Shown: positions 1 to 11,602 of the stretch, piece by piece
How the letters are laid out: every line of letters begins with the position of its first letter
Numbering within the stretch: the first letter of the stretch is position 1
Assembly (NCBI GenBank): GCA_963744995.1
Contig: CAVUWA010000011.1
Location: 1-64,000, forward strand
Source of the DNA: Candidatus Eiseniibacteriota bacterium
GTDB taxonomy: Bacteria; Eisenbacteria; RBG-16-71-46
Length of the DNA stretch: 64,000 nucleotides
Direction of reading: 5' to 3'
The notes under the pieces: generated by a model
What the model saw: only the letters and a program-made list of their open reading frames with translations
The model's database searches: none
What the model was told of the DNA's origin: nothing
Program-made: the position numbers and the translations under genes

Positions 1-131
1 CTCCGGCCGCAGCCGGACGACGTACAGGTTCTTCGTGCGTGCAGCCCGCCTTTGCGCCATTTCGGCTATCCTCCCGGACGTCATTCTGAGCAGGCCAACC
101 CGCTCTCACTCTGCCACCCCGAGGCGCCGCG

Positions 132-1640
132 GTGGAACGCTCGATCCACAACAAGCCCCCCACCCTCTCCAAATCCCGCTACACGATCGGCCTGCGCTGC
201 CATCGCTACCTCTGGTGGCGCACCTACGAGCCCGACGCGCCCGAGCTGCAGCGCGACGAGGCCACGCGCTACCGCCTCGACGAGGGCACGCGCGTCGGCG
301 AGCTGGCGCGCACCTACGTGCCGGGCGGGACGCTGATCGACTTTCCCTACGACGCGAAGGAGCCGAAGCTCGCCGCCACGCACGCGGCCATCGACTCGCG
401 CGCGAACGCGATCTACGAGGCGTCGTTCTTCGCCGACGACGTGTTCGTCGCGGTCGACATCCTCGAGCGCCTGCCCAACGGCTGGGGGCTGATCGAGGTC
501 AAGTCGAGCACGCGCCTGAAAGACGACCACTACCCCGACGCCACGATCCAGACGCACGTGCTGCGCCGCGCCGGGCTCAGCGTGCCGCGCGTCGAGGTCA
601 TGCACCTGAACCGCGACTGCGTCTACCCCGACCTCTCGAACCTGTTCGAGCGCGAAGACATCACCGAAGACGTCGAGGCGGGGCTGATCCTCGTCCATCG
701 CGAAATCGAGCGGCAGCTCGCGGTGCTCAAGGGGCCGCTGCCCGAAGTGCCGATCGGCCGGCAGTGCAACGAGCCCTACGAGTGCCCGTTCAAGTCGCGC
801 TGCTGGGCCGATGTGCCGGAACATCACGTGACGACGCTCTACCACGCGGGCACGGGCGCGTTCGCGCTGATGGAAGAGGGCTACGAGCTGGTGACGGAAG
901 TTCCGCCGCAGCGGATCTTCCATCCGATCGCGCGGCGCCAGCAGCGCGCGCTGCGCGAGAACAAGCTGATCGTCGAGCCGGGGCTTGCCAGAAGCGCTGG
1001 AGAACCTTCCCGAGCCGGCTCGGGTTCCTCGACTTCGAAACGGTCGCGCCGGCGATCCCGGTGTGGGCGGGCTGCCAGCCCCTACGATCAGGTCCCGGTG
1101 CAGTTCAGCCTGCACGTGCAGAACGAAGACGCCTCGATGGAGCACTTCGAGCACCTGGCCGAACCGCGTCCCGCGGGCGGCGATCCGATCGACCCGCGCC
1201 CGGGCATCGCCGCAGCGGTGCTCGAGGCGTGCGGCGACCTGCCTGCCATCGTGGTCTACAACGCGACGTTCGAACGTCAGTGCCTGGAACTGCTCGCCGA
1301 TGCGGTGCCGGAGCTGGCGTCCGGCCTGCACGCGATCGCCGCGCGCCTCGTGGACCTGTGGCCGGTGGTGCAGAACCACGTCTACCACCCGGACTTCATG
1401 CGGAAGTCTCAGCCTCAAGTCGGTGCTGCCGGCACTCGTGCCGGACATGAACCACGACGACCTCGCCGTGTCCGACGGCCAGCTCGCGAGCCGGCGGCTG
1501 ACGCGCCTGATCGTCGATGGCGAGCCCGTCGACGCAGCGGCCCGCGCGCAGACGGTGCGTGAGCTGCGGAGTATTGCCGCTTCGATACTGATGCGACGGT
1601 GATGTTGATGGAGATGTTGCGGGGGTTGGCGACGGAGTAG
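132..1640 (+). CDS. DUF2779-type protein: N-terminal PD-(D/E)xK (RecB/Cas4-like) nuclease domain plus C-terminal DEDD/RNase H-like domain; frameshifted (5 indels)
   Basis: LSKSRY..GLRC start, VDILE..GWGLIEVKSS motif, CNEPYECPFKSRC cluster. FLDFET, YNATFE and YCRFD motifs are recovered only by switching frame at ~990, ~1010, ~1080, ~1398 and ~1570. The restored frame ends at TAG 1638-1640. Confidence 0.8.
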
Positions 1641-1779
1641 AGTGTCACGCGCTCTGCTATCTCCCCTTCCCGGCAAGGGTGATATCCCCCACGCTCCACA
1701 TCTTTCGCGAAGGAATCGGGCCTTCGGGCCGAAAACCATGGGAAGCGTACCTGCTCCCCATCGACCCCGAGGGCCTAGC

Positions 1780-3282
1780 ATGCATATCCGATTCCCGCTT
1801 AGACCGATCCTGTTCGCAGTGGCGCTGCTGACGCCGCTCTCCCTCGCCCTTCCCTGCGGCATCTCCGCTGCGTCGGGCACGACGATCAACCGGGCCGTGG
1901 TCAAGGTGTTCGCCACGGCGAGCCCGCCGGATCTCCAGCACCCGTGGCAGCGCGCCGGCATGGAGTCGTTCTCCGGGTCGGGCGTGATCCTTCCGTCCGG
2001 GCAGATCCTCACCAACGCGCACGTCGTGTCGAACGCCGCGAGCATCGACGTCAAGCTCGACGGCGCCACCGAACGGTATCCGGCGAAGATCGCTTTCATC
2101 GGTCACGCGTCGGACCTGGCGCTGCTGACGGTCGAGGATCCGGCCTTCTTCGAGGGCGCGGGGCACCTCGAGCTGGGATCCATGCCGGGCGTTCAGGACG
2201 CGGTCGAAGTCTACGGGTATCCGGAGGGCGGTGAGTCGCTCTCGATCACGGCGGGCGTCGTTTCACGCATCGAGATCGGTTCCTACGCCCACAGCATGGC
2301 CGACCTCCTGCTGGTGCAGATCGACGCGGCGATCAACCCGGGCAATAGCGGCGGTCCGGTCGTGGCCGGGAATCGGCTCGTCGGCATCGCCACGCAGGGG
2401 CGCAAGGACTCGCAGAACATCGGCTATATGGTTCCGCTGCCGGTGATCCGCCAGTTCCTGAAGGACACCACGGACGGGCACGTCGACGGGCCTCAGACTC
2501 TCGGGATCGGCGCACAGGACCTCGAAAGCCCGGCCCAGCGCGCACAGCACGGGCTCGATCGGCGCGAGACGGGCGCGCTGGTGATCGCGGTGAACCACGG
2601 CTCGCCGGCGTGGGGCGCGCTCGAGTTGGGCGACGTCATTCTCTCGATCGACGGCCACCCGATCGCCAACGATCTGAGCGTCGCTTCCGCCTACGACACG
2701 CGGCTCTCCTGGGTCTCGCTGCTCACCGGCAAGCAGGCGGGCGACGAGGTGAAGCTTCAGCTCGTGCGAAAGGGTGAGCGCATGGGGGCATCGGTCCGGC
2801 TCTACTCCTGGCAACCGTTGATCCCCGGCACCCACATGAGCGATGTCACGCGCTACCGGATCTTCGGCGGCCTCGTGTTCCAGCCGCTCACGGTCGACTA
2901 CGTGATGATCGATCCGAAGAATGCGGACCCTGCAATGATGAGCATGTGCATGTATCACAACCTCCGAACCCCGGATCGCTCGGAGTCGATCATCCTCTCC
3001 CAGGTGCTCCCGAGCGAGGCCTCGCGCGGCTATGTCGACGTGTACGACGAAATCGTGTCACGCGTGCAGGGTCGCGTGCCGCGTGACATGGCCGATCTCA
3101 ACGACATCATCGACCACGCCACGGGACGATGGCTCGACGTCGAGACTTCGGGTGGTCTCCACCTGGTGCTCGACATCGACCAGGCCCGGCGCGCGACGCC
3201 CGAGATCCTCGAGCGGTTCGCGATCGGCGCCGACCGGAGTCCTCACGGCAAGGAAGCCGTCGTGGAGCGCGTCGATCGGTAG
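1780..3282 (+). CDS. Secreted HtrA/Deg-family serine protease (trypsin-like domain plus PDZ domains)
   Basis: Signal peptide MHIRFPLRPILFAVALL; catalytic motifs ILTNAHV, SDLALL, INPGNSGGP; PDZ motif GDVILSIDG; C-terminal region of the plant Deg2/Deg9 type. Confidence 0.9.
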   Translation: MHIRFPLRPILFAVALLTPLSLALPCGISAASGTTINRAVVKVFATASPPDLQHPWQRAGMESFSGSGVILPSGQILTNAHVVSNAASIDVKLDGATERYPAKIAFIGHASDLALLTVEDPAFFEGAGHLELGSMPGVQDAVEVYGYPEGGESLSITAGVVSRIEIGSYAHSMADLLLVQIDAAINPGNSGGPVVAGNRLVGIATQGRKDSQNIGYMVPLPVIRQFLKDTTDGHVDGPQTLGIGAQDLESPAQRAQHGLDRRETGALVIAVNHGSPAWGALELGDVILSIDGHPIANDLSVASAYDTRLSWVSLLTGKQAGDEVKLQLVRKGERMGASVRLYSWQPLIPGTHMSDVTRYRIFGGLVFQPLTVDYVMIDPKNADPAMMSMCMYHNLRTPDRSESIILSQVLPSEASRGYVDVYDEIVSRVQGRVPRDMADLNDIIDHATGRWLDVETSGGLHLVLDIDQARRATPEILERFAIGADRSPHGKEAVVERVDR

Positions 3283-3294
3283 CGCTTTCCCCCC

Positions 3295-4230
3295 TCATCC
3301 CCACACGCCCAGCCCCATGGCCAGCAGCACCGCGAGCCCGCCCGCGCAGAGTGCGGCGCGGGCCACGTGGAAGCGGATGTCCATCAGGTGCCTCCTGACG
3401 GAGCCCTCGTTCCCGCCCACGTACAGCTCGAACCTCTGATAGACGCCGGCCAGGATCATCGCCGCGTGGCACAGGGGCAGCGGCAGCTTCGCGACGCGCT
3501 CGATCACGCGATCCTGCCGGAACGGGTCGTAATGCGAGAGCAGGAACACGATGTTGTTTCTGGCGAAGTACCGATCGACGTAGTGTTCCCTGAACGCGGG
3601 TTCGCAGCCGGTGGAATCGATGGGCCGCGCGTGCAGCCGGGCTTCGAGCCCGCCGTGGACGCGATCCATGATCTCGGTCATCGCCAGAGGCGTTCCCTCG
3701 TCCTCGACGAACACGGAACAATAGGCGTCGATCACGATCCACTTGCGGCGCGTCTCGCACCAGATCTCGCTCATGGTGTGCCCCATGCCGGTGCCGGTCA
3801 GCCTTTCGCAGACGCCCCATTCCCGGCAGGCGATTCCCACCGCGGCGCAGAGTCCCATGTAGACCTGCGCGTAGTCCGAGCACACCCCGGCCGGACCGGT
3901 GCACATGCGGCGCAGCGCGTTCACCGACGTGGTGCCGAGGTGCCGGCCATGCTGAGTCCTGGACGCCAGCTGCCGTGCGAGTTCGAAGGCGGTCTCGAAC
4001 GAGGGCGGCGCGCCCGCGAGCCCGAAGCGGCGTGCCGTCTCGGCGAACAGCACGGGGACGTCGGCGTCCACGGCCGGTGGCGGATCGGAATGGAAGATAT
4101 CCGGGGCGCCGATCCGCGCGCGCAGCGCATAACGGATCCGGTGGAGCGCGGCATGGCTCCGCAGGCCCTCGTGGAGGACGCGCCCGAGGGACGGAGGTCT
4201 CGGCATGTGCGCTGCGGCCTGAGTCTTCAT
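3295..4230 (-). CDS. Transglutaminase-like (Cys-His-Asp) domain protein with C-terminal membrane helix
   Basis: GVCSDYAQVYMGLC ... GHTMSEIW ... KWIVIDAY triad pattern; hydrophobic C-terminus; start set at MKTQ (4230). Confidence 0.75.
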   Translation of the reverse strand: MKTQAAAHMPRPPSLGRVLHEGLRSHAALHRIRYALRARIGAPDIFHSDPPPAVDADVPVLFAETARRFGLAGAPPSFETAFELARQLASRTQHGRHLGTTSVNALRRMCTGPAGVCSDYAQVYMGLCAAVGIACREWGVCERLTGTGMGHTMSEIWCETRRKWIVIDAYCSVFVEDEGTPLAMTEIMDRVHGGLEARLHARPIDSTGCEPAFREHYVDRYFARNNIVFLLSHYDPFRQDRVIERVAKLPLPLCHAAMILAGVYQRFELYVGGNEGSVRRHLMDIRFHVARAALCAGGLAVLLAMGLGVWG

Positions 4231-4296
4231 CCGTGAAGCCTCTTTGGATCGTGCGAGGAGTCGTGTCGCGGATGTCGAGCCAATGCAGGCCGCAGG

Positions 4297-4312
4297 GGCA
4301 CGCATCGTGCCA
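4297..4312 (-). promoter_or_regulatory. Putative sigma-54 (-24/-12) promoter of the transglutaminase-like gene
   Basis: Minus strand reads TGGCACGATGCGTGC (GG-N10-GC), ~65 bp upstream of the start. Confidence 0.55.
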
Positions 4313-4431
4313 GCGGGCGGCGTCGAAGGCCCATCTTCCCCGCACGCACGCAGCTACGGGTCCGGGCGGCGCCCCGCTGCGGATCGCCGCCGGGCGCCTG
4401 CCCGCGAGATCGTCAGGGCTGCCGACACCCC

Positions 4432-7400
4432 CTACCTCATCCGCACCACTTTGCTCCCCACGCTCTCCCCGCTCTGCCACACCCGTACGAAGTAAACGCC
4501 GGCGTCCGCGGGCAGCTCATCCAGCCGTACCACGTGCCGCCCGGCGCCGAGCCCGGTGAGTTCCTGCGAAGCCACCCGCCGCCCGGCGACGTCCATCACT
4601 TCGATCCGAGCGGGCGCAGCGCTCGGCAGCGTGAACGTCATCCACGCGTCCCGCCGCACGGGCTGCGGGCGCACGCCTTCGATCGCCAGCGCGAGCGTGT
4701 TCGGCACCTCGATCCAGACCTCGTCGCTGAACACCTCGGCGCCGTCCACCTGCATGCCGATGCGGTACGCGTAGCGATCGCCGGCGGCGACGGCGTCGTC
4801 TTCCAGCACGACGCGGCCCGTGCCGTCCGCGCTCAACGCGCCGAGCGACTGCCACGCGCCGCCATCGACCTTCCGATACGCCACCACGTCCGTCGCGCCG
4901 CTCACCTGCCAGGTCACGCGCACGCGGCCCGGAGCGGCTTCGGTGGCCACCATCGAGAACAGCGCCGACGTCACGCCGTCGGTGGTCCACTGCGCGGCGC
5001 CGCTCGAGTTCAGCTTCTGCGCGTAAACCAGCCGCTCCGCGCCGTTGCGGAAGTCGGTCCACGCCAGCATCGACTCCCCGCCGTCCACGCTCAGCGACGC
5101 TTCGTACTGCCCGCGCGCGGCGCCCGCCACCTGCACGCCGTTCGCAGTCCACTGCGGCGCGCCGGCCGCGTTCATGCGCTGCGCGTAGACGTCCGGAAAG
5201 CCGTTGCGCTCGTCGGTCCACGACAGCACGGCGCCCCCGGCGCCGTCGGCCTGTATGGCGGTCAGGTGCTGCCACGACGTGGCGTTGCACACGGGGATGC
5301 CGACCTCGCCGTTCCAGTGCAGGCCGCCGCTGCCATCCACGCGCTGCGCGTAGATGTCGAACACGTCGCTTCGTCCGTCGGACCATGCGGCGATCGCCCC
5401 GCCGGCGCCGTCGGACACCAGGCGCATGTTTTCCCGATAGCCGTCTACGGTGCAGATCTCGACGCCCAGGAGACCGTTCCATTGCGGACTGCCCGAAGCG
5501 TCTACGCGCTGCATCGCCGGATTCGACGCCACGAACATCTCGAGGATGGGGTCGTAGAGTTCTTCGTCGTACAGAACGATTGCTCCGTCGCTGCCGTCGC
5601 TCACGGCGCCCGCCAGGGAGTAATACACCCCGAGCGGGCTCGCGATGTCGACGCCATCCGCGGTCCACTGCGGCGCACCGGACCCGTCCAGGCGCTGCGC
5701 CATGATGTACTTCCTCGAAGGCGGGTTGTCGTCCAGCCACGTGACGATGGCGCCGTTGGTGCCCGAGGGGACGACCATTGGAATCCCCTGCCAGCCGGGC
5801 CGCTGGCACACGGGCACGCCGCCGGCCGTCCACTGCGGCACGCCTGAGCCGTTCACCCGTTGCGCGTAGATGTCGCCCGCGTCGTCGCGACCGTCGTACC
5901 AGGCGGCGATGATGCCGCCGGCGCCGTCGCTGATCATGCGCATCTGGTCCTGGTACGCGGGTACGCCGCAAATGTCCACGCCGTCGGTGGGCCAGAGCGG
6001 AACCCCGGTGCTGCTGATGCGCTGCGCGTAGACGCTGCCATCGACACCGCTGCGATAGTCGTCCCACCCGATGATCACGCCACCGGCGCCGTCGGGCACG
6101 ACGTTGTAGGCGTACTGCACGTCGGGCGCATCGCACACGTGCACGGTCCCGGTGAGCGCCGCGCCGTTGCTGTCGAGCCGTTTCGCCCGCAGTTGCAGGT
6201 CGCCCGCCACCTTCTCGTGCCACACGACCCACGTGCCGCCGGCGCCGTCGGGTGCGGTGACCGAGTAGCGCTGCAGGCCCGGATCGGCGACCACGGTCGT
6301 TCCGTTCGCGCCGAGCTGCACGACGCCCGCGCTGTTCACGTGCTGGGCCTGCGGCTCGGGGTCGAGGTTGTCGCGGCTGACCCACGCGGCCACGGCGCCG
6401 CCGGCGCCGTCGGTCGAAATCACGAAGCCACTCTCGCGCTGGATGTCGCCGCACATCAGCACGCCGTCGGTGGTCCACTGCGGCACGCCGGTCGCGTTGA
6501 GCTTCTGCGCGTACAGGTCGACGCCGAAGGGTGCGCGACTGTCCTGCCACAGCAGCGTGAGCCCGCCGCCGGACTCGACGTAGCCGTCCTCGATGTAGCG
6601 GTCGCCGGTGGCCGAACAGACGGCCACGCCGCCGCTGGTCCACGTTTGCGCGCCGGCGTTGCTCACGTGCTGGGCGTACAGGGTCGTGTTGGCCTGCGGG
6701 TCGCGCCACACCAGATACGCGCCACCCGAACCGTCGGCGCGCGCCTGCACACCGACGGCGGCGTAACTGCTCGTCCCCACGCTTTCGCCGCCCGGCGTCC
6801 ACTGCTCGGCGCCGGTCGCGTCGTAGCGCTGTCCGATCACGTCGGTGTTGTTGAGCCAGAACCCCAGCATGCCGCCCGCGCCGTCGGAGCAGATGCCGGG
6901 CTCGTAGCCCGCGCTGCCGCCGGTGAGGGCGACGCCGTTGGCGGTCCACTGCGGGGCGCCCGCGGCGTTCAGGTACTGCGCGTAGATCTCGGTCGGGACG
7001 GCGCGCACGTCTTCCCACGCGACGTAGGCGCCGCCCGCACCGTCCGTGGCGACGACGGGCGAGTACTGATCGTCCGTGGCGTCGCACACCACGACCCCGG
7101 GCGACGTCCACAGCACGGTGCCCAGCGCGTTGAGGTGCTGTGCGTAGATATCGGTGGGCGAGTCCTGTGCCCAGGCGAACAGCACGCCGCCCGAGCCGTC
7201 GGGCGCCGCGCTGATGCCACCGTCGAAGCTCACGTTGGCGAGCGCGAGCACGCCATTGGTGGTCCACTGCGGCTCGCCCGCCGCGCTCACCTTCTGCACG
7301 TACAGGTTGGCGGTCGGCGCCAGGAAGTTGAACGCCGCGGCGCGGAAGTCGGCCCAGCCGACGAATACGCCGCTCCCGCCGTCGGAGATCAGCCCGGCCT

Positions 7401-7789
7401 CCTCCTGCACCCCCGGCGCGGTGCACACGGCGAGACCGGCGGCGGGCCAGCCGCTCGCCACGGTGCCGCTGCTGGTCACGCGCTGCAGGTAGATGTCGCC
7501 GACCCCGTCGCGGTCGGACGCCCAGACGACGTAGGTGCCGCCCGCGCCGTCGGGCGCGGTGGTGGCGCCGGCGGGCATGGCGAATGCGCGCGCGGGCGCG
7601 CCCCCGGCCGGCGCTCGCGGTCGCGGCCGTGTGGCGCGACGGCCGCTCGCGCATCCGGAACACCGATGCGGCGCGCTGCGGAGGCGCGATCGCCGCGCGG
7701 GCGGGCCGGGACCGTGCAGCAGCCGGGGACGAGAACGCTGCGACCAGCACAACGGCGGCCGTCAGGGAGACCATCGCGGAGCGCGGCAT
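4432..7789 (-). CDS. Secreted 16-repeat (predicted double beta-propeller) protein with FN3-like stalk and T9SS/FlgD-like CTD; frameshift near 7600
   Basis: 16 DGAGG..W.D.R..YAQR repeats. The signal peptide MPRSAMVSLTAAVVLVAA (start 7789, GGGAGG RBS) lies in another frame but matches the N-terminus of the paralogue at 8035-11409; the shift falls at a C-run at ~7600. CTD RPQP..TFTLP..DVAGRRV..GVYFVR. Confidence 0.85.
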
Positions 7790-8034
7790 GCCGCACCTCC
7801 CTTTCGAGGGTGGGAGTCGACGGCACGCGGGGGCGCCCCCTGCGGCCGTGAGGCGATCGGCACATCCTGCGCCGAGGGCCCTTGATAGGTAGCACGTGAC
7901 GACAGGTGGGGGACCGAAAATTTCCGCGCGTCACAGAAATCCGCCGGGGGCGGCGCGGGGCCCCGCGGCCCCGGTCACGCACCCGGCGGATCTGCTTCGA
8001 ACGTGCGCCGCCGCGGATCGGCGGGCGCGCACGA

Positions 8035-11000
8035 CTACCTCACGCGCACGACCCTGGCCTGCACGCTCGCCCCGCCCTGCCACACGCGGACGAAGTACAC
8101 GCCCGCAGCCTCCGGCAGCTCGTCCAGCCGCACGACGTGCCGCCCGGCGCCGAACCCGGCGAGATCCCGCGCCGCCACGCGCCGCCCGGACACGTCCATC
8201 ACTTCCATCCGCGCGGGCGCGGAACTCGGCAGCGTGAACGTCATCCATGCATCACGCCGCGCGGGCTGCGGGCGCACGCCTTCGATCGCGAGCGCCAGCG
8301 TGTTCGGCACCTCGATCCAGACTTCGTCGCTGAACGCCTCGGCGCCATCCACCTGCATGCCGATGCGGTAGGCGTAGCGTTCGCCGGCCACGATGTCCTG
8401 GTCTTCGATCGTCACGCGGCCGAGGCCGTCCACGGCCAGTGGGCCGAGCGACTGCCACGTGCCGTCTTCCACCTTTCTGTAGGCGACGACGTCGGTCACG
8501 CCGCTCACCTGCCAGGTCACGCGCACGCGCCCGGGCAGGGCCTCGGCGTTCACCATCGAGTACAGCGTGGATGTGACGCCGTCGGCGCCCCACTGCGCGG
8601 CGCTCCCCCCGTTCAGCTTCTGCGCGAAGATCAGGCGCCTGGTGGCGTCGCGGAAGTCGGTCCACGCGATCACGCTCTCGCCCGTGTTGTCGTCGTACCA
8701 CACGGACGACTCGTACTGGCCGCGCGCGGCGCCCACCACCTGCACGCCGTTCGCGGCCCACTGCGGCGTGCCGATGCCGTTCAACACCTGTGCGTACACG
8801 TCGGCGTAGCCGTTGCGCTCGTCGGTCCACGTGGCGATGGCGCCGCCGCCCCCGTCGGATGCCAGACCCGACAGCCACTGCCATGCGGCGTCGTTGCACA
8901 CCACCACGCCGTCGGCGGTCCACAGCGGGACGCCGTCATAGCCCACGCGCTGCGCGTAGATGTCGTTGATGCCGTTGCGGGTGTCGCACCAGGCGACGAT
9001 CGCGCCGCCGGCGGTGTCGGTCACGAGCCGCGCGCGCTCGCGGTAGGCGTCCATGCTGGCGAGCACGGTGCCGGCGGCGCCCCATTGCGGGTTGCCGTCC
9101 GCGTACACGCGCTGCACGCCGAGGTTAGTGGTCGAGAACGTGAGCGTCGCGAAGTCGAACACCTCGTCCTCGTACAGAAAGATCGCACCCGTGCTGCCGT
9201 CGCTCACCGCGCCGTCGAGCCGACCGACCAGGCCGGCCAGGGCCGCGATCTGCACGCCGTTGGCAGCCCACTGCGCCGCGCCCGCGCCATCCAGGCGCTG
9301 GGCGAAGACCGCGAGCGTGAACCCCAGTCGGTTGTCCCTCCAGGCGATGATGGGGCCGTCGGTGCCCGACATCGCCATCATCGGGCCCGTCTGCGTATAG
9401 GCGGACGTGCATACGCCCACGCCGTTGGCGGCCCACTGCGCGACGCCCGATGCGTCCAGCTTCTGCGCGTAGATGTCGGGCTCGGGTCCGCCACGGAAGT
9501 CGGTCCACGCGAAGTACGTCGTGCCGCTGCCGTCGCCCACGAGCTGCAGGTCGAACTGATCGTTGTTGGAGGTGCACACGACGGCCCCGTTCGCGGTCCA
9601 CTGCGGCGCGCCGGAGCCGTTCAGGCGCTGTGCGTAGAGATCGGTGTTGAGGCCGTTGCGATCGTCTTCCCAGCCGATCACCACGCCGTCCGCACCGTCG
9701 GACACCATGCCGGACAGGAACTCGTCGCCGGCCGCGCCCGACAGGGCGATGCTGCCGGTGAGTGCGGCGCCGTTCGAATCCAGCCGCTTGGCGTAGACCT
9801 TGTAGACGCCGGCGACCTTCTGATCCCACGCGATCCAGGTGCCGCCCGCGCCGTCGGGCACGACGATCGGTACGCGCTGCTCGCCCGGATCCTGGTACGC
9901 GGCGGTTCCGTTCGCTCCGAGCTGGGCGACACCGCTGGAGTTCACGTGTTGCGCGTACGGCTCGGGATCGACGGCGCGGTAGTCGATCCACGTCGCCACG
10001 AGCCCGCCCGCGCCGTCGGTCGCCAGCGACGAGACGCGCTTGTCCTCGTCCAGCGTGTTGAGCGCGACGCCGTCGGCGGTCCACTGCGGCGCGCCGCTGC
10101 CGTCCACCCGCTGCGCGTAGAGGTCGGTGTGCATGCCCGAGCGCTCGTCCTCCCACAGCAGCGCGAGCCCGCCGCCGTTCTCGGCGAAGGCGTCCTCGAC
10201 GTAGCGGTCGCCGGTGGCCGCACACACGCTCACGCCGCCCGAGGTCCACTGCGGCGCGCCGCTGCCGTCCACCCGCTGCGCGCGCAGCACGGTGTTGAGC
10301 CCCGAGATGTCACGCCACATGAGGTATGCGCCGCCGGCGGGATCGGGCAGCGCCATCACCTCGGTGACCGCAGATACGCCCGTTGCGACCGTCGCGCCGC
10401 CGGCGGTCCACTGCTCCGCGGGTGTCGCGTCGAAGTGCTGGCCGAGGATCGCGGTGGCCGTGTTCCAGAAGGCGATGAACCCGCCCGCGCCGTCGGTGCA
10501 GATCGACGGCGTGTACCCGGCGTTGCCGCCGGTGAGCGAAACACCGTCGGCGGTCCACTGCACGGCGGCGGAGCCGTTCAGGTGCTGGCCGTAGATCTCG
10601 TTGCTGACCCCGCGGTCGTCCTGCCACACGACGTAGCAGCCGCCGCTGCCATCGGCCGCGACCATCGGGGAGTACTGGCCGTTGGGATCCGTGCACACGG
10701 CGACGCCGGCCGTACTCCAGCCGGCCGGCACCGCGCCGGCACCGTCCACGTGCCCTGCGAAGATGTTGCCGTCGTCGGTGGGATCGGACACCGCCCACAC
10801 GAGGAACGCGCCGCCCGATCCGTCGCCGATCGCGGCGAGGTCGCCGCCCCCGTTGAAGTCGGACAGCACCTTCACGCCGTTGGCGGTCCACTGCGGCACA
10901 CCGGCCGCGTTGACGCGCTGCACGTACAGGTCGGCGGTCTGGCTGTAGAGGTTGTACGGCTGGTCGCGCAGGTCGGCCCAGCCGATCAGCACACCGCCGG

Positions 11001-11409
11001 ATCCGTCGGGCAGGAGGCCGGCCTCGAGCTGTTCGCCGGGCGCCGTGCAGACGGCGAGCCCCGAGGCGGGCCAACCGCTGGCAACCGTGCCCGCCGCGGT
11101 CACGCGCAGCAGGTAGATGTCGTGCGGCCCGTCGCGGTCGGATTCCCACGACACGTAGGTGCCGCCCGCGCCGTCGGGCACCGCCATCGCACCCGCGGGC
11201 GCGGCGAAGCGGCCGCCGGCGACGGCGGTGGCGCCCGCGCCCCGTGCGGCGCGCTCGCCGTGCGTGCGGACGTGGAACACGGTGCCCGCACCGCGCGAGA
11301 GCGGCGCGATCGCCGCACGGGCAGGTGCAGCAGCCGCAGGGAGTGGACCGGGGAGAGCGGCAGCCACCACGAGGGTGGCCGCCAGGGAGAGCGTCACGAA
11401 ACGCGGCAT
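8035..11409 (-). CDS. Secreted 16-repeat (predicted double beta-propeller) protein with stalk and T9SS/FlgD-like CTD; tandem paralogue of 4432-7789
   Basis: Intact 1124-aa ORF with AAGGAGG RBS, signal peptide, 16 repeats and a C-terminal ~190 aa nearly identical to the neighbour's. Confidence 0.9.
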   Translation of the reverse strand: MPRFVTLSLAATLVVAAALPGPLPAAAAPARAAIAPLSRGAGTVFHVRTHGERAARGAGATAVAGGRFAAPAGAMAVPDGAGGTYVSWESDRDGPHDIYLLRVTAAGTVASGWPASGLAVCTAPGEQLEAGLLPDGSGGVLIGWADLRDQPYNLYSQTADLYVQRVNAAGVPQWTANGVKVLSDFNGGGDLAAIGDGSGGAFLVWAVSDPTDDGNIFAGHVDGAGAVPAGWSTAGVAVCTDPNGQYSPMVAADGSGGCYVVWQDDRGVSNEIYGQHLNGSAAVQWTADGVSLTGGNAGYTPSICTDGAGGFIAFWNTATAILGQHFDATPAEQWTAGGATVATGVSAVTEVMALPDPAGGAYLMWRDISGLNTVLRAQRVDGSGAPQWTSGGVSVCAATGDRYVEDAFAENGGGLALLWEDERSGMHTDLYAQRVDGSGAPQWTADGVALNTLDEDKRVSSLATDGAGGLVATWIDYRAVDPEPYAQHVNSSGVAQLGANGTAAYQDPGEQRVPIVVPDGAGGTWIAWDQKVAGVYKVYAKRLDSNGAALTGSIALSGAAGDEFLSGMVSDGADGVVIGWEDDRNGLNTDLYAQRLNGSGAPQWTANGAVVCTSNNDQFDLQLVGDGSGTTYFAWTDFRGGPEPDIYAQKLDASGVAQWAANGVGVCTSAYTQTGPMMAMSGTDGPIIAWRDNRLGFTLAVFAQRLDGAGAAQWAANGVQIAALAGLVGRLDGAVSDGSTGAIFLYEDEVFDFATLTFSTTNLGVQRVYADGNPQWGAAGTVLASMDAYRERARLVTDTAGGAIVAWCDTRNGINDIYAQRVGYDGVPLWTADGVVVCNDAAWQWLSGLASDGGGGAIATWTDERNGYADVYAQVLNGIGTPQWAANGVQVVGAARGQYESSVWYDDNTGESVIAWTDFRDATRRLIFAQKLNGGSAAQWGADGVTSTLYSMVNAEALPGRVRVTWQVSGVTDVVAYRKVEDGTWQSLGPLAVDGLGRVTIEDQDIVAGERYAYRIGMQVDGAEAFSDEVWIEVPNTLALAIEGVRPQPARRDAWMTFTLPSSAPARMEVMDVSGRRVAARDLAGFGAGRHVVRLDELPEAAGVYFVRVWQGGASVQARVVRVR

Positions 11410-11602
11410 GCCGTGCCTCCTTCGGGAAGGGGATCCGAGGGCGAGGGATGCCGGAGCGCGCAGAAATCACGTGCGTCCGAGCAGATGCGCTGTACCCGAC
11501 CGTCCTGGCCGGATCGTCCAATTTACTCTTCGTATGCGGGGAACGAAAGCGGCCGCCGCAGACGCGGCCGTGTGCATGCCGACGCGAGAGGCACAGCGTG
11601 CG

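Noticed and set aside
132..1640. Cas4 of a CRISPR adaptation module
   Set aside because: Fused to a DUF2779-type domain; no cas1/cas2 or array in the window.
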